This document shows, in pieces, positions 9,659 to 19,690 of a stretch of DNA of 64,000 bases. Numbering within the stretch: position 1 is the stretch's first letter; each line of letters begins with the position of its first letter. The stretch is from assembly GCA_963808235.1 (NCBI GenBank), contig CAWEEQ010000004.1, positions 2,048,001 to 2,112,000 on the forward strand. The letters run 5' to 3'. The notes under the pieces are model-generated. The model was not told the origin of the DNA. It saw nothing but the letters and a program-made list of their open reading frames with translations, and did no database searches. This DNA is from an uncultured delta proteobacterium (GTDB lineage: Bacteria; Desulfobacterota; Binatia; Binatales; Binataceae). The position numbers were made by a program, and so were the translations under genes.

Positions 9659-10483
9659 ATGACGACACGCACTGATTTCAAATCCGGATATGCGCCTTCA
9701 GACGGTGCGAAGGTCTATTACGAAAGCGCGGGCACTGGCCCCGCGGTGGTTTTCATCCATGCGGGAGTTTCGGACTGCCGGATGTGGGATCCGCAGTTCG
9801 ACTTTTTCGCGAACCGATTCCGCGTCATCCGCTACGATCTGCGCGGTTTCGGCAAATCCGAAATGCCCAACCTGCCCTACTCCCACCGCGCCGATCTCGC
9901 AAACACTCTTCAATTCCTGGGAATAGAGAACGCGGCTCTGATCGGATGCTCGATGGGCGGATCGACCGCAATCGACTTCGCGCTCGAAAATCCGGCGCGA
10001 GTTAGCGCACTGCTCTTGGTCGGCGCGGGCGTCGGTGGATGGAACGAATGGACCGACGAAGGAATCCGCCGCTTCACGGAGTTCATGCAACTGGTCAAAG
10101 ACAACCAAATCGATCGCGCGTGCGAGATGGACGCCGCGCTATGGCTCGATGGACCCGGGCGCGATCCGTCGCGGATCGATCCCGCTTATCGGGCTCGCGC
10201 TTGGCAACTTCACAAAGAGAATTTCTCGATCACGCGATTCGCGCATCCTGAAACGGAGCTGAAGCCGCCCGCGATTGGCAGGCTGGGCGAGATCAAGTGC
10301 CCGACGCGCGTTCTCGTGGGCGACTACGATGTGCACGAGATAAGAACGATCGCCGCGCGACTCGCGAAGGAAATTCAGGGGGCGAGACTCGTGACTGTCG
10401 CGAATGCCGCGCATCTGCCGAACCTCGAGCATCCCGAGGAGTTCAACGCAATCGTGAGCGAATTCCTGACCCCGCTCATGTGA
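9659..10483 (+). CDS. Alpha/beta fold hydrolase
   Basis: GPAVVFIHAG, YDLRGFGKS, GCSMGG, AAHLPNLEHPEEF. Confidence 0.9.
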   Translation: MTTRTDFKSGYAPSDGAKVYYESAGTGPAVVFIHAGVSDCRMWDPQFDFFANRFRVIRYDLRGFGKSEMPNLPYSHRADLANTLQFLGIENAALIGCSMGGSTAIDFALENPARVSALLLVGAGVGGWNEWTDEGIRRFTEFMQLVKDNQIDRACEMDAALWLDGPGRDPSRIDPAYRARAWQLHKENFSITRFAHPETELKPPAIGRLGEIKCPTRVLVGDYDVHEIRTIAARLAKEIQGARLVTVANAAHLPNLEHPEEFNAIVSEFLTPLM

Positions 10484-11104
10484 TTGTGACTGGAGACGGG
10501 AACTAGCGCTCTTTCGGAGCGAGCCAATACTCCGAATATCGGCTACTCGGAGAGCCCGCGCGACTACGACACAGTTTCCAACACTGGCAGTTTCTTCCTT
10601 TTGCCGAACGGTACTTCGAAATGGAGCAACGCAAGCGAGATCGGCGTCACGATCGGAGCGTGTAGCCGGATTCATTGAAAGCTGCCGACATTCTCTACGG
10701 GTGCTTCATCAGCGCGGCGAGCCCGCTGCGCAGATCGCTCTTCGCCTGTCGCGATGTACCACAGTATTTTGGCCGGGCGAGTGCGCTTCGCTCATGACGA
10801 GCCCTGTGACCTACCACGGCGGTTCACCCGTTCATCTCGCGTGACGCCCATAGGGGCAAGTAGATCGCGAAATGTTTCCGGGCAATTGCATCAGCGCTCT
10901 TCCGCCTGAGTATCCAGGGCGGGTGGTGCCGTTCCAGCGAGCCGACCGTCTGGGGCTAAATGATCGCTACGAGCATTTACACGAGGCGAGCAAGCCGCAC
11001 TGATCCCGGACCGCAATCGATTTGGCGCTGGAACCTCCGGGCCGGATCGTCGTCCTTGCGGGGCGTGAAATCCGGTGGCACAGTTGGCTTTCGACTTTCC
11101 GCGC

Positions 11105-11196
<92 letters not shown>

Positions 11197-11408
11197 AGCA
11201 GTCTGTAGTGCTTCCCTACAATGTGGAGTGAGCGGAAAAATCTCCAACGTGACGCTTGCGCGCTCGATGCGTACCGGAGAGCGTGAGCCCGGCACTCTAT
11301 TCCGCGAATTTCTCGGGTTTGTCTCCAGGCGCAGAAAAGCCGGTTCGCTTCACGGTTCAAGCAAAACCGCTCATCGATCGTCTTTCTGAGTCGGAGCAGG
11401 TCGCGGTT

Positions 11409-11480
11409 CTAGTCGACTCCGATCGCCTTCAACTGCGCCGGCCATTCAAGCGGCAGATCGATCCGGTTGAGCAGGTCTGG
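11409..11480 (-). pseudogene. C-terminal remnant of a large serine recombinase family protein
   Basis: Minus strand reads PDLLNRIDLPLEWPAQLKAIGVD*. This resembles the LP.DW..Q...LG C-terminus of tRNA-associated recombinase-family proteins (recognised from memory). The rest of the gene is absent. Confidence 0.55.
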
Positions 11481-11570
11481 GTACTGGGGCATCTGTCTCG
11501 CGCACTTGTCCCATTACATGTCGGGCGCTAACGTCGGGCAACGCTATCGCAGCCGGAGAAACACACGCCG

Positions 11571-12671
11571 ATGAGTCAATTCGACATAGTTTCCTCCACT
11601 CAGGAACCCGACCTGTCGACCGCGATGAAGGTCGTTTATCAGTGGAACTACGGTTCGGAGGTCGAAGAGCTGCGCCGCTTATACGTCAAGGCGCTGGAGG
11701 CGCAGTGGATCGCTGAACGCGACCTCGACTGGGAACGGCCGATCGATCACGTTGCCTTGGCTGCCACGCCACTCGGAATCGGCTTTCCCATCGAACAGAC
11801 CTCGTACTGGCGCTCGCTCAGCGCGGACACAGTATGGGAGCTGAAGAAACGGATGGCGAGCTTTCGCCTGAGCAATTTTCTGCACGGCGAGCAAGGCGCA
11901 TTGATGGTCGCCGCGCAACTGGTGAATGCGGTGCCCCACACCGACGCCAAGTTCTACGCGGCGACCCAGACCATGGATGAGGCGCGACACGTCGAGGTAT
12001 TCGCCCGCTATATCCAGAAGCTCGACATGGTCCGGCCGATCGCGCCCAACCTCAAAGGTCTGCTCGACAGCACGCTGGAGACCGGCGACTGGGCCAAGAA
12101 GCTCGTCGGCATGCAGATCGTGGTCGAGGGGCTCGCGCTCTACAGCTTCCGTGAGATGCGCAATCTCACCGAGGAGCCATTGCTGAAGGAGATTCTCACC
12201 TACGTCGGGCGCGACGAGGCGCGTCATCATGCCTACGGGGTGCAGTACGTTGAACGTTGTGCGCCCTGCCTTTCCGCGGCCGAGCGTGAGGATCTCGAAG
12301 ACTTCGCCTTCGCCGCCGCCATCGCAATTATCGGCGGCCGCAATCAAGCTGGATTCATGGCCTCGCTGATGCAAAGCTGGGCCGAGACCGGCATCGACAC
12401 CGCCGAGTTGCTCGCCTGCGCGCAGCGCGAGCGCGACCAGTTGACCCGCGCGCCACGCACCGAGCGCAGGCGCGGACCGGTGTCAGGGTTCGTGCTTCCG
12501 ACGCTCCGCCGCTGCGGATTGCTCAGCCAGCGTATCGCCGGTCGCTTTCACGAAGTACTGCAAGAAAATCTCGGTAGCCAGGTAGTGGGCAGCAGCGTCG
12601 AAGAGTTCATGCGATGGATTCCCGACCTGCCCGAAGACACTGCGGCCTGGGTATTGGGCGAACTCGAATAG
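11571..12671 (+). CDS. Ferritin-like diiron oxygenase (AurF-related ferritin-like domain protein)
   Basis: Diiron ligand pattern FLHGEQGA, DEARHVEVF, VVEGLA, DEARHHAYG; GGAG RBS. Confidence 0.85.
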   Translation: MSQFDIVSSTQEPDLSTAMKVVYQWNYGSEVEELRRLYVKALEAQWIAERDLDWERPIDHVALAATPLGIGFPIEQTSYWRSLSADTVWELKKRMASFRLSNFLHGEQGALMVAAQLVNAVPHTDAKFYAATQTMDEARHVEVFARYIQKLDMVRPIAPNLKGLLDSTLETGDWAKKLVGMQIVVEGLALYSFREMRNLTEEPLLKEILTYVGRDEARHHAYGVQYVERCAPCLSAAEREDLEDFAFAAAIAIIGGRNQAGFMASLMQSWAETGIDTAELLACAQRERDQLTRAPRTERRRGPVSGFVLPTLRRCGLLSQRIAGRFHEVLQENLGSQVVGSSVEEFMRWIPDLPEDTAAWVLGELE

Positions 12672-13075
12672 CACGCTTGTGGTCGATTGACTCGATTGAG
12701 TTTCGAGTCGAATCGCAGAAAACACACGGATGTCGTCGGGGTCGCGAGATAAACATGACGGCGCCATCCATGCCACGGTGGGAATTCGTTCGAGATCACC
12801 CGCCATTGACCGCGTGCTTCCCTGTGCGAGCGCGTCTCCCCAAACCGGTTCCAGCCGTCGCGCCTGATGAAGCTCAGAGAATGCGTCCTGAATCGATCGC
12901 CGCGAACAGCGGGGGCGCCCACTAGAGTTCTCCAAAGCACTCAAACTGCAGTCAGCTGCGCGGGCATCGTTGCCGCGAAGGTGAATACAACCTTATTCTA
13001 TAGGAAGCTGCTGCGTTTGATATTGCAGGCCTGTTCCATGCGTTCGCGTCCTGGGATGCCGCTTTCATGACATGA

Positions 13076-14188
13076 TTGTTCATTGACCGCCGCCGCTTTT
13101 TTCAGAAATCTGTTTTGCGAGTTCCTACAAAAAAAGACCCTGCTTCGCCCCTGAATGGTGCGACGGTAGCGAATCGCGCCGAGGCGCGAAGCGGGGTACG
13201 CCGGGTCGGCCTGAAGATTCGGACTTCCGCGGTGCGCAAACCGCTGGTGCAGAATCTGATCGCCTACGCGATAGCAGCGGCAATTGTATGCTATGCGGCA
13301 CGAGGCGTTTCATTGACGCAAGTGGTCGGCGCCACCAGCCACGCCACGCTCTGGATTTTTGTCACTGCCAGCCTGTGCGGCTTTCTGTTCTGGTTTATCG
13401 GCGAGACCGTCTTGTATTCTCGCCTGTTCACTTATTTTCATGGTCCGACTGGCGCGGTCGAGCTGCTTCCGACCATGGCCGCGGTCTACTTCCTTCAGAT
13501 CGTGAATTCCTATGTCGCCAGCGGAGCGTTCGTTCTTTTTCTGCACGCACGCAAACGAGCGCCGTGGGTGATGGCCGGATGCACGTTGCTGTTCCAGGCG
13601 TATCTCGACGCTGTGCTGCTGGCCACGCTGACGCTCATCGCGATCGTTCTCGTGCCTAGGTCGCCGGTTCGGCTGGGGCTCAGCTACGCGGCAGGCGTAC
13701 TGGGTGCAGGCTGCTTGATCGCGTCCTTTTTTCTCATCTGGGGAGAGCGGCTCTCGACCGGCAATTGGCTCCGCTGGATCTACGATCGACCCTCGATGGC
13801 GAGTTTCCGAATCGCGCGGCCTTCGCAATACATCAAGCTACTAGGCATCAGGTGTCTGATCGTTCTGGGCGCCGGCTTTGCGCTCTATGGGCAGTTCGTG
13901 AGCTTTCATATCGGCGTATCGCTGGCGCAGACGCTGGCATTGACGCCATTCATTGTTGCGATCGGCAATTCGGCACTCTCACCGGGCGGAATCGGAACGA
14001 CTCAACTGGTTTTCACTTTGGCTTTTGCAAGATTCGCCTCCAAGGACGATCTGTTCGCATTGTCCCTGGCGGTAACCGTCTTTAATTTCATTGTCCGCAT
14101 ACCTATGGGACTAGTCATGGGAGCGCCGCTTGCGCAAGAAGCGGTCGGGGTCGAAAGCGAATTCGCAACTGGGTACAGGATTGGATAG
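13076..14188 (+). CDS. Lysylphosphatidylglycerol synthase transmembrane-domain (YbhN/UPF0104, flippase-like) protein
   Basis: About 8 TM helices with the late SPGGIGTTQ motif typical of LPG_synthase_TM; no catalytic aminoacyl-transferase domain. Start uncertain and probably downstream of 13076. Confidence 0.7.
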   Translation: MFIDRRRFFQKSVLRVPTKKDPASPLNGATVANRAEARSGVRRVGLKIRTSAVRKPLVQNLIAYAIAAAIVCYAARGVSLTQVVGATSHATLWIFVTASLCGFLFWFIGETVLYSRLFTYFHGPTGAVELLPTMAAVYFLQIVNSYVASGAFVLFLHARKRAPWVMAGCTLLFQAYLDAVLLATLTLIAIVLVPRSPVRLGLSYAAGVLGAGCLIASFFLIWGERLSTGNWLRWIYDRPSMASFRIARPSQYIKLLGIRCLIVLGAGFALYGQFVSFHIGVSLAQTLALTPFIVAIGNSALSPGGIGTTQLVFTLAFARFASKDDLFALSLAVTVFNFIVRIPMGLVMGAPLAQEAVGVESEFATGYRIG

Positions 14189-14193
14189 CAGTC

Positions 14194-14964
14194 ATGACTT
14201 TCACATATTGCCGAAATCGAAGTGTAGCGATGGTTCTAGGTCTCGTACTGTTGACTGTGGCTCAGGTATCACATGCCGCGGAAGATCAACGCGCCAAAGA
14301 GACAGTAGATCGCGTGGCAAGTTTATTCAGCAGCAAGTCCAGCATCGCTACCGTGAAGATGCAGATCTTCAACGAAGATGGACAACGCGATCTGTCGATG
14401 CAGATCTGGTCGCTTGGCGACAAGGTCCTTGTACGGATCACCAGTCCTCAAGATGAAGCCGGCACCGCCATTCTGAAGGAAGGCAGCGATATCAGGTACT
14501 ACCTGCCCAAATCGAATCGAACGGTCAATATCCCCGCTTCGATGGCAATGACCTCGTGGATGGGGAGCGACTTTACCATCGATGATCTGGTGAAAGAACC
14601 TTTCCTCACGCGCGATTATACGATCAGCACCTCTTACGAAGGAAAGCGTGGCGAGGTTGCAGTGTATGAATATACTTTGACCCCGAAGCCCGACGCCGCA
14701 GTCGTGTGGGGAAAGATCGTGCTCCAGTTTCGGCAGGCTGATGGAGTTCCCACCTGGCAGGGTTACTACGGCGAGGATGGGAAGCTGGCTCGCGAGCTTA
14801 CCTTTTCTGAATACAAGACCAAGAGCGGCAAGGTCATTCCGACCCACTTGGTCATGCAATCGGCAGAGAAGGCTGGTTCGCACACCTCTATCGACTACGA
14901 AGATATCGCTTTCGACGTACCGATCGGCGCAGACACATTTTCCCTTCCCAATATGAAACGATGA
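14194..14964 (+). CDS. Outer-membrane lipoprotein-sorting protein (LolA-like)
   Basis: Signal peptide (SHA-AE); SPQDEAGTAILK, YLPKSNRTVNI, SWMGSDFTIDDL, VVWGKIV, IPTHLVM, FSLPNMKR. Confidence 0.85.
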   Translation: MTFTYCRNRSVAMVLGLVLLTVAQVSHAAEDQRAKETVDRVASLFSSKSSIATVKMQIFNEDGQRDLSMQIWSLGDKVLVRITSPQDEAGTAILKEGSDIRYYLPKSNRTVNIPASMAMTSWMGSDFTIDDLVKEPFLTRDYTISTSYEGKRGEVAVYEYTLTPKPDAAVVWGKIVLQFRQADGVPTWQGYYGEDGKLARELTFSEYKTKSGKVIPTHLVMQSAEKAGSHTSIDYEDIAFDVPIGADTFSLPNMKR

Positions 14965-16220
14965 GCGGACGGCTTCTACAGCTCGCGTGGCGCAACCTCT
15001 GGCGTAATCGCCGGCGTACCTTCATTACGATGGCGGCCATCGCATTTGGCTATGCGATGCTGCTGTTTGTCGCGTGCCTTATGGCGGGTCTGCGCTGGCA
15101 GATGATCCAGAACGGCACCTGTCTTGTCATGTCTCAGATCCAAATACATGCTCCGGGCTACTACACTAATCGTTCGCTTCAGAAGACTTTGGGCGGCAGG
15201 AAGGGGACGGATGTCAGTGCGCTACTCGCCTCCATTTCTGCAGATCGCCGTGTTTCCGCCGTGGCCCCGCGGGTCTATGGATACGGCTTGCTAAGTGCGG
15301 CCCATCGCTCCGCTGGTGTGGAGCTCATGGGTGTCGTCCCTGAACAAGAACCTAAGATCACCACTCTTAACACCCAGATATCGAAGGGTAGTTACCTGCG
15401 CGCGCTGATGCCAAAGGGAGTGGTGATAGGAGACAAGCTCGCCAGCACGATTGGCATCGAGTTGGGTTCCGAAATCGTCTTGCTGACGCAAGCGGCTGAT
15501 GGTTCGATGGGTAATGACGTTTACACCGTCGTGGGAATTCTTCACACCGGTCTTGATGCCGTAGATCGGGGGTTGGTTCTCATGCCGCTGTCTTCTCTCC
15601 AGGACCTTCTGCACCTTGCGCCTGGCAGGATCCATGAAATTGGTATCAAGCTCAATCACATAACCGCTGCTAGCGCCGTGGCTGCAGCACTTGAGGCCCG
15701 ACTGCCTAAGACCCTCCCCGTGCGAGTGATGGCGTGGCCTGAGTTGGCGCCGGAACTAGCCAACTACGTTCAGTTCAATCACGGCGTCACGGTGGTTCTA
15801 TTTTTTATTTTTTTCCTGGTCGCAGTCATCGGTGTCATGAATACGATGCTCATGGCGGTGTACGAGCGCACCCGCGAATTTGGCATGCTCATGGCCGTCG
15901 GTATGCGCCCCGCTCAGGTGATTCGCCTGATCTTGACCGAAGCCGCTGGCTTGGCGGTCGCAAGTCTGGTGTTGGGAGCGACGCTTGGAGTTCCGCTACT
16001 CTGGTATTTGCAGGTCCACGGTCTGGATTTGGGTGGGGCTACCGGCGAGGTCGTCTCCGTCGCAGGAGTAGTCGTGGGCCATCTATGGTACGGCCGGCAA
16101 GATTTCCCCGCCTACAGCCACGCAGCACTCGGGCTGGCCGCTACAGCTCTGGTGTCTGCGCTCTATCCCGCATGGCGGGCTGCTCAGCTCAGGCCAACGG
16201 AAGCGATGCGTAAGGTCTGA
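14961..16220 (+). CDS. ABC transporter permease, LolC/E-FtsX-like
   Basis: LAWRNLWRNRRRT, large periplasmic loop, NTMLMAVYERTREFGML.AVG, YPAWRAAQL.P.EAMR. Confidence 0.9.
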   Translation: MSGRLLQLAWRNLWRNRRRTFITMAAIAFGYAMLLFVACLMAGLRWQMIQNGTCLVMSQIQIHAPGYYTNRSLQKTLGGRKGTDVSALLASISADRRVSAVAPRVYGYGLLSAAHRSAGVELMGVVPEQEPKITTLNTQISKGSYLRALMPKGVVIGDKLASTIGIELGSEIVLLTQAADGSMGNDVYTVVGILHTGLDAVDRGLVLMPLSSLQDLLHLAPGRIHEIGIKLNHITAASAVAAALEARLPKTLPVRVMAWPELAPELANYVQFNHGVTVVLFFIFFLVAVIGVMNTMLMAVYERTREFGMLMAVGMRPAQVIRLILTEAAGLAVASLVLGATLGVPLLWYLQVHGLDLGGATGEVVSVAGVVVGHLWYGRQDFPAYSHAALGLAATALVSALYPAWRAAQLRPTEAMRKV

Positions 16221-16222
16221 CC

Positions 16223-17518
16223 ATGACAAGTCTATTCCTTCTGATGAAGATTAGTTGGCGCAATCTCTGGCGCAATCCTCGAGGTACGCTGTTGACAGCC
16301 TTAGCTCTTGGCCTGGGGCTGGCGTTGCTGCTGATCTCTTTGGGCCTGCTCGATGGCGGCCACGAACAAACGATTGCGGACGGGGTGCGGTTTGGACCGG
16401 GCCATGTAGTCGTCCAGGCTAAGGGCTATCAAGATTCCAGCTCTGACGAGTTGCTGCTTCCGGCTCAAGTTGTGTCCAATGTCGAAGGGCTTCTGCAAAC
16501 CGAAAACATCAAGCAGATCGTGCGAGGCGTTAGTCCGCGACTTCTGGCTACCGGTCTTCTAAGTACCTCGGCCAGTTCTGCCGGTGTCAGAATTGTTGGA
16601 GTGATACCTGAAAACGAACACGCGGTATCACTAATCCCACAACGAATGGTTGAAGGCACCTATCTTACTAGTAACGACAAGCTCTCAGGCGTCGTGATCG
16701 GCGACGAACTGGCACGCAAGCTCGATCTCAAGATAGGTTCCAAAGCGGTGCTCATGACTCAGGCACTGCGACCTCCGGGCGCAGAAGCTAAAAGCGGCTC
16801 TGCGGACGAGATGCAAAGCACTCTCTTGCGAGTGAGCGGTATCTTTCGTACGGGACTCCAGGCGATCGACGCCAATATGATTTGCCTGCCCTTGTCCTCG
16901 GCTCAGGGTCTGCTCGGGGTAACCGGCAACCAGGTGACTCAAGTAACAATCCTGCTTGTCCGGGAAGGTGACTCGCCGCTGGTAGCAGGAGCTTTGCGAA
17001 AGCAGTTGACGGGAGCGCCGGTTGAAGTCCTGACGTGGAGGGAATCGCTCCCGATGCTTGCTCAGATTCTGGGCCTGGACCACGCATTCAACTACATCAT
17101 GAACGGCGTGATTTTGACGATGGTAGGGTTGGGAATACTCAACACGATTCTCATGCGAGTGCTCGAGCGCCGCTATGAATTTGGCGTCAGTAAGGCTCTC
17201 GGTCTTCAGCCTCGGCAGCTCGCGATAATGGTTGTCGGCGAGTCTCTAGCCCTCACCGCCATCAGCCTGGCCTTGGGACTGGTCTTGGGCTTGAGTGTTC
17301 AGCACTATTTTGCCACCGCCGGATTGGATCTACGCTGGATATTCAAGGCCGGTCTGCCACCTGCTCTTGTTTTCGATCCTATTCTCTACTCGCGGCTGAG
17401 CGTGGATCGAATTGTTTGGTCCGTCAGCATCGTATTCGCGATGGCGACAATCATTTCCTTTTATCCAGCGCTCAAGGCAGCGCGCACAGACCTGCCCGAC
17501 GCTTTGAAGGTGCTTTAG
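16223..17518 (+). CDS. ABC transporter permease, LolC/E-FtsX-like
   Basis: ISWRNLWRNPR, NTILMRVLERRYEFG, YPALKAAR; paralog of the preceding gene. Confidence 0.9.
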   Translation: MTSLFLLMKISWRNLWRNPRGTLLTALALGLGLALLLISLGLLDGGHEQTIADGVRFGPGHVVVQAKGYQDSSSDELLLPAQVVSNVEGLLQTENIKQIVRGVSPRLLATGLLSTSASSAGVRIVGVIPENEHAVSLIPQRMVEGTYLTSNDKLSGVVIGDELARKLDLKIGSKAVLMTQALRPPGAEAKSGSADEMQSTLLRVSGIFRTGLQAIDANMICLPLSSAQGLLGVTGNQVTQVTILLVREGDSPLVAGALRKQLTGAPVEVLTWRESLPMLAQILGLDHAFNYIMNGVILTMVGLGILNTILMRVLERRYEFGVSKALGLQPRQLAIMVVGESLALTAISLALGLVLGLSVQHYFATAGLDLRWIFKAGLPPALVFDPILYSRLSVDRIVWSVSIVFAMATIISFYPALKAARTDLPDALKVL

Positions 17519-17530
17519 AGAGAGGCTGCT

Positions 17531-18256
17531 ATGAACGAGTGGGCGATTAAATTGAAAGACGTGCGAAAGACCTATCGCACGGGACCAATCGAGGTCCCTG
17601 CCTTGCGCGGCGTAACTCTGACTATCGGCGCCGGCGAATTCGCGGCTACCGCCGGTCCATCGGGTTCGGGTAAGACCACTCTTTTGAACATTGTAGGTGG
17701 ACTCGACCGGGCAGACACCGGTGAGATTTGGGTGGCAGGACAGAACCTTCAGCTCTTATCGTCAGGCGAGCTGGCTCAATTGCGTTTACAGCGCATCGGC
17801 TTTGTGTTTCAAACCTACAACCTGTTGCCTGTGCTCACCGCTTTGGAGAACGCGGAGTTTACTTTGCTCCTCCAGGGTGTGCCCGCGCGCCAGCGTAGGG
17901 AAAAAGTGGAGAAACTGTTTTCAGAAATCGGGCTGGCCGGTCTTGAAGATCGCCGCCCCGCCGAGTTGTCCGGCGGTCAGCAGCAAAGAGTCGCAGTAGC
18001 TCGCGCGATGGTCACCGAGCCTGCGCTCATACTGGCGGATGAGCCCACGGCGAATCTGGACTCCGCCTCTGCGATTGCTCTCCTCGATGTGATGGAACAG
18101 CTCAATCGTTCGACGGGTACGACCTTCCTCTTTTCCACCCACGATCCGCAGGTCATGGAGCGCGCTCATCGCTTAATCCGCTTGCGCGACGGTCAGATAA
18201 CGGGCGACGAGGCGCGTGCTAGCCCGGTGGCGGCCGTTGCCCGACTAGCTGGCTAA
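17531..18256 (+). CDS. ABC transporter ATP-binding protein, LolD/MacB-like
   Basis: GPSGSGKTT, IGFVFQTYNL, LSGGQQQRVAVARA, ILADEPTANLDS, FSTHD. Confidence 0.93.
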   Translation: MNEWAIKLKDVRKTYRTGPIEVPALRGVTLTIGAGEFAATAGPSGSGKTTLLNIVGGLDRADTGEIWVAGQNLQLLSSGELAQLRLQRIGFVFQTYNLLPVLTALENAEFTLLLQGVPARQRREKVEKLFSEIGLAGLEDRRPAELSGGQQQRVAVARAMVTEPALILADEPTANLDSASAIALLDVMEQLNRSTGTTFLFSTHDPQVMERAHRLIRLRDGQITGDEARASPVAAVARLAG

Positions 18257-18289
18257 AGAGATTCCATTCCTGCTTCTGAGTAGTATTCA

Positions 18290-19264
18290 TTAAGCAGGGA
18301 CAAACGCTCGGGCTTCCGGCAAGATTCGCATCATCTTCCACAGACGGATTGACCATCGGTTCATCAGACCCAACTCTTCGCACAGGCCAAACAGCTTGGT
18401 TGAAGCTTCGTGCATGCGTTCGCGGTGGATCGGATTCTCGCGATATGCAGCATTCACAACTTCGCGCGGGATATTATATTCGCGCGCAATTTGCGGTGAC
18501 GCCTCCATCATCATCTTGCCCATGACGCCCAGGATGATGGGAACGCAAAGTCCTAGCCGCCCCCGGCGCGACGGGCTCAGCTCCGGAACGAGCTTCCGTA
18601 AAGTGTGACGCGCGAAGCTCATATGGCGCGCCTCCTCAGTGACGTGGATCTGCATGATTCGCCGAATCAAAGGATGGGTATTCTGGCGGTTCTTGCGCAA
18701 AGTCTGGCGCTGCACGTAGTCGATCGGATCCTCGCCCGCCAGAACAAAGAAGAAGAACAGTTCCGGGAACTTGTGTGAGTACTTGACTACGAAGTTCGCG
18801 CATCTGCGTTCGATCCCACCTAGTCCGGGAATCTGGAAGCCAGTCCGGTTGATAAACTCCTGGAACATCAGCGAGTGTTGTGCCTCTTCTATCGTCTCGT
18901 GGTAGCAGTAGCGGAACTCCGGCGCTCCCGTCGGCAACGCGGCCGCAAATTCCAGCAGGCCGCGCTTGAGCACGTACTCGAAGATCACGCCAATCTTCAT
19001 GAAGTTGGCCAACATCCGAAGACCGATCCGAGACCGAATTCCTGCCGGCTGTGAGAGATACCATTCGGTCGCGCCAAGCACGTCGTCCGGCTCGAGTTCC
19101 CATCGCGAGTCATCGTGATCGATGCGAAACTCAGGATTGTCCCAGTCAACGTCCGCGTAGGCATCGAAATGTTTCACCACCGATTGGTGGCTCAGCCTAC
19201 GAATCAGATCGGAGTAGGCTTTCCCAACGTGCTCCTCTTCAGGAACAACAAACTCTTCAGACAT
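18290..19264 (-). CDS. AurF-family diiron N-oxygenase-like protein
   Basis: FEYVLKRGLL, HETIEEAQHSLMFQEF, LAGEDPIDYVQR, IHVTEEARHMSFA; ATG 19264 after GGAG. Confidence 0.87.
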   Translation of the reverse strand: MSEEFVVPEEEHVGKAYSDLIRRLSHQSVVKHFDAYADVDWDNPEFRIDHDDSRWELEPDDVLGATEWYLSQPAGIRSRIGLRMLANFMKIGVIFEYVLKRGLLEFAAALPTGAPEFRYCYHETIEEAQHSLMFQEFINRTGFQIPGLGGIERRCANFVVKYSHKFPELFFFFVLAGEDPIDYVQRQTLRKNRQNTHPLIRRIMQIHVTEEARHMSFARHTLRKLVPELSPSRRGRLGLCVPIILGVMGKMMMEASPQIAREYNIPREVVNAAYRENPIHRERMHEASTKLFGLCEELGLMNRWSIRLWKMMRILPEARAFVPA

Positions 19265-19690
19265 CAAATTCTCCAGGATTTTTTCTCCGGGATTTTCTGT
19301 TTGGAGGGCGTAAGTTCATCTTCCGTTTGCCGCGCCCACCGCATCACGAAGTCGCATCCCCAGCGTCCGGTACAGTATCTGCAACTCTGAAATCGGGTGC
19401 CCAATTGGTATCCCCGGGAACATCATTTGTCGTTATTCGCGATCTTGGGTGCTAACTGCGCCCTTCCTTATTGACAGGCGCATCAATGCAAAGCAATTGG
19501 TCGCGGTTCTATGGGGAGATCGGAGCCGCGCCGCTAAGGGACGCGAAACTGAAAAAACCCTAGCGATAGGCGAGACTAAGCCAGTACGAAGCGGGATCTC
19601 AGCGAGCAAAAATATATTTTCGTTTCCCGGCGTCTGGCCGCCCGCCTGGTGCGGGAGTGAACGCGCGCGGTTGCGCCGGGAATGTGACCG

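Noticed and set aside
10484-11104. 620-nt intergenic region before the tRNA as a possible ncRNA or riboswitch
   Set aside because: Only short hairpins are visible, with no recognisable SRP, tmRNA, RNase P or riboswitch consensus; an Rfam scan would be needed.
19268-19300. Short duplication TTCTCC(A/G)GGATTTT upstream of the AurF-like gene
   Set aside because: Two ~14-bp copies duplicating the RBS region; too short to interpret.
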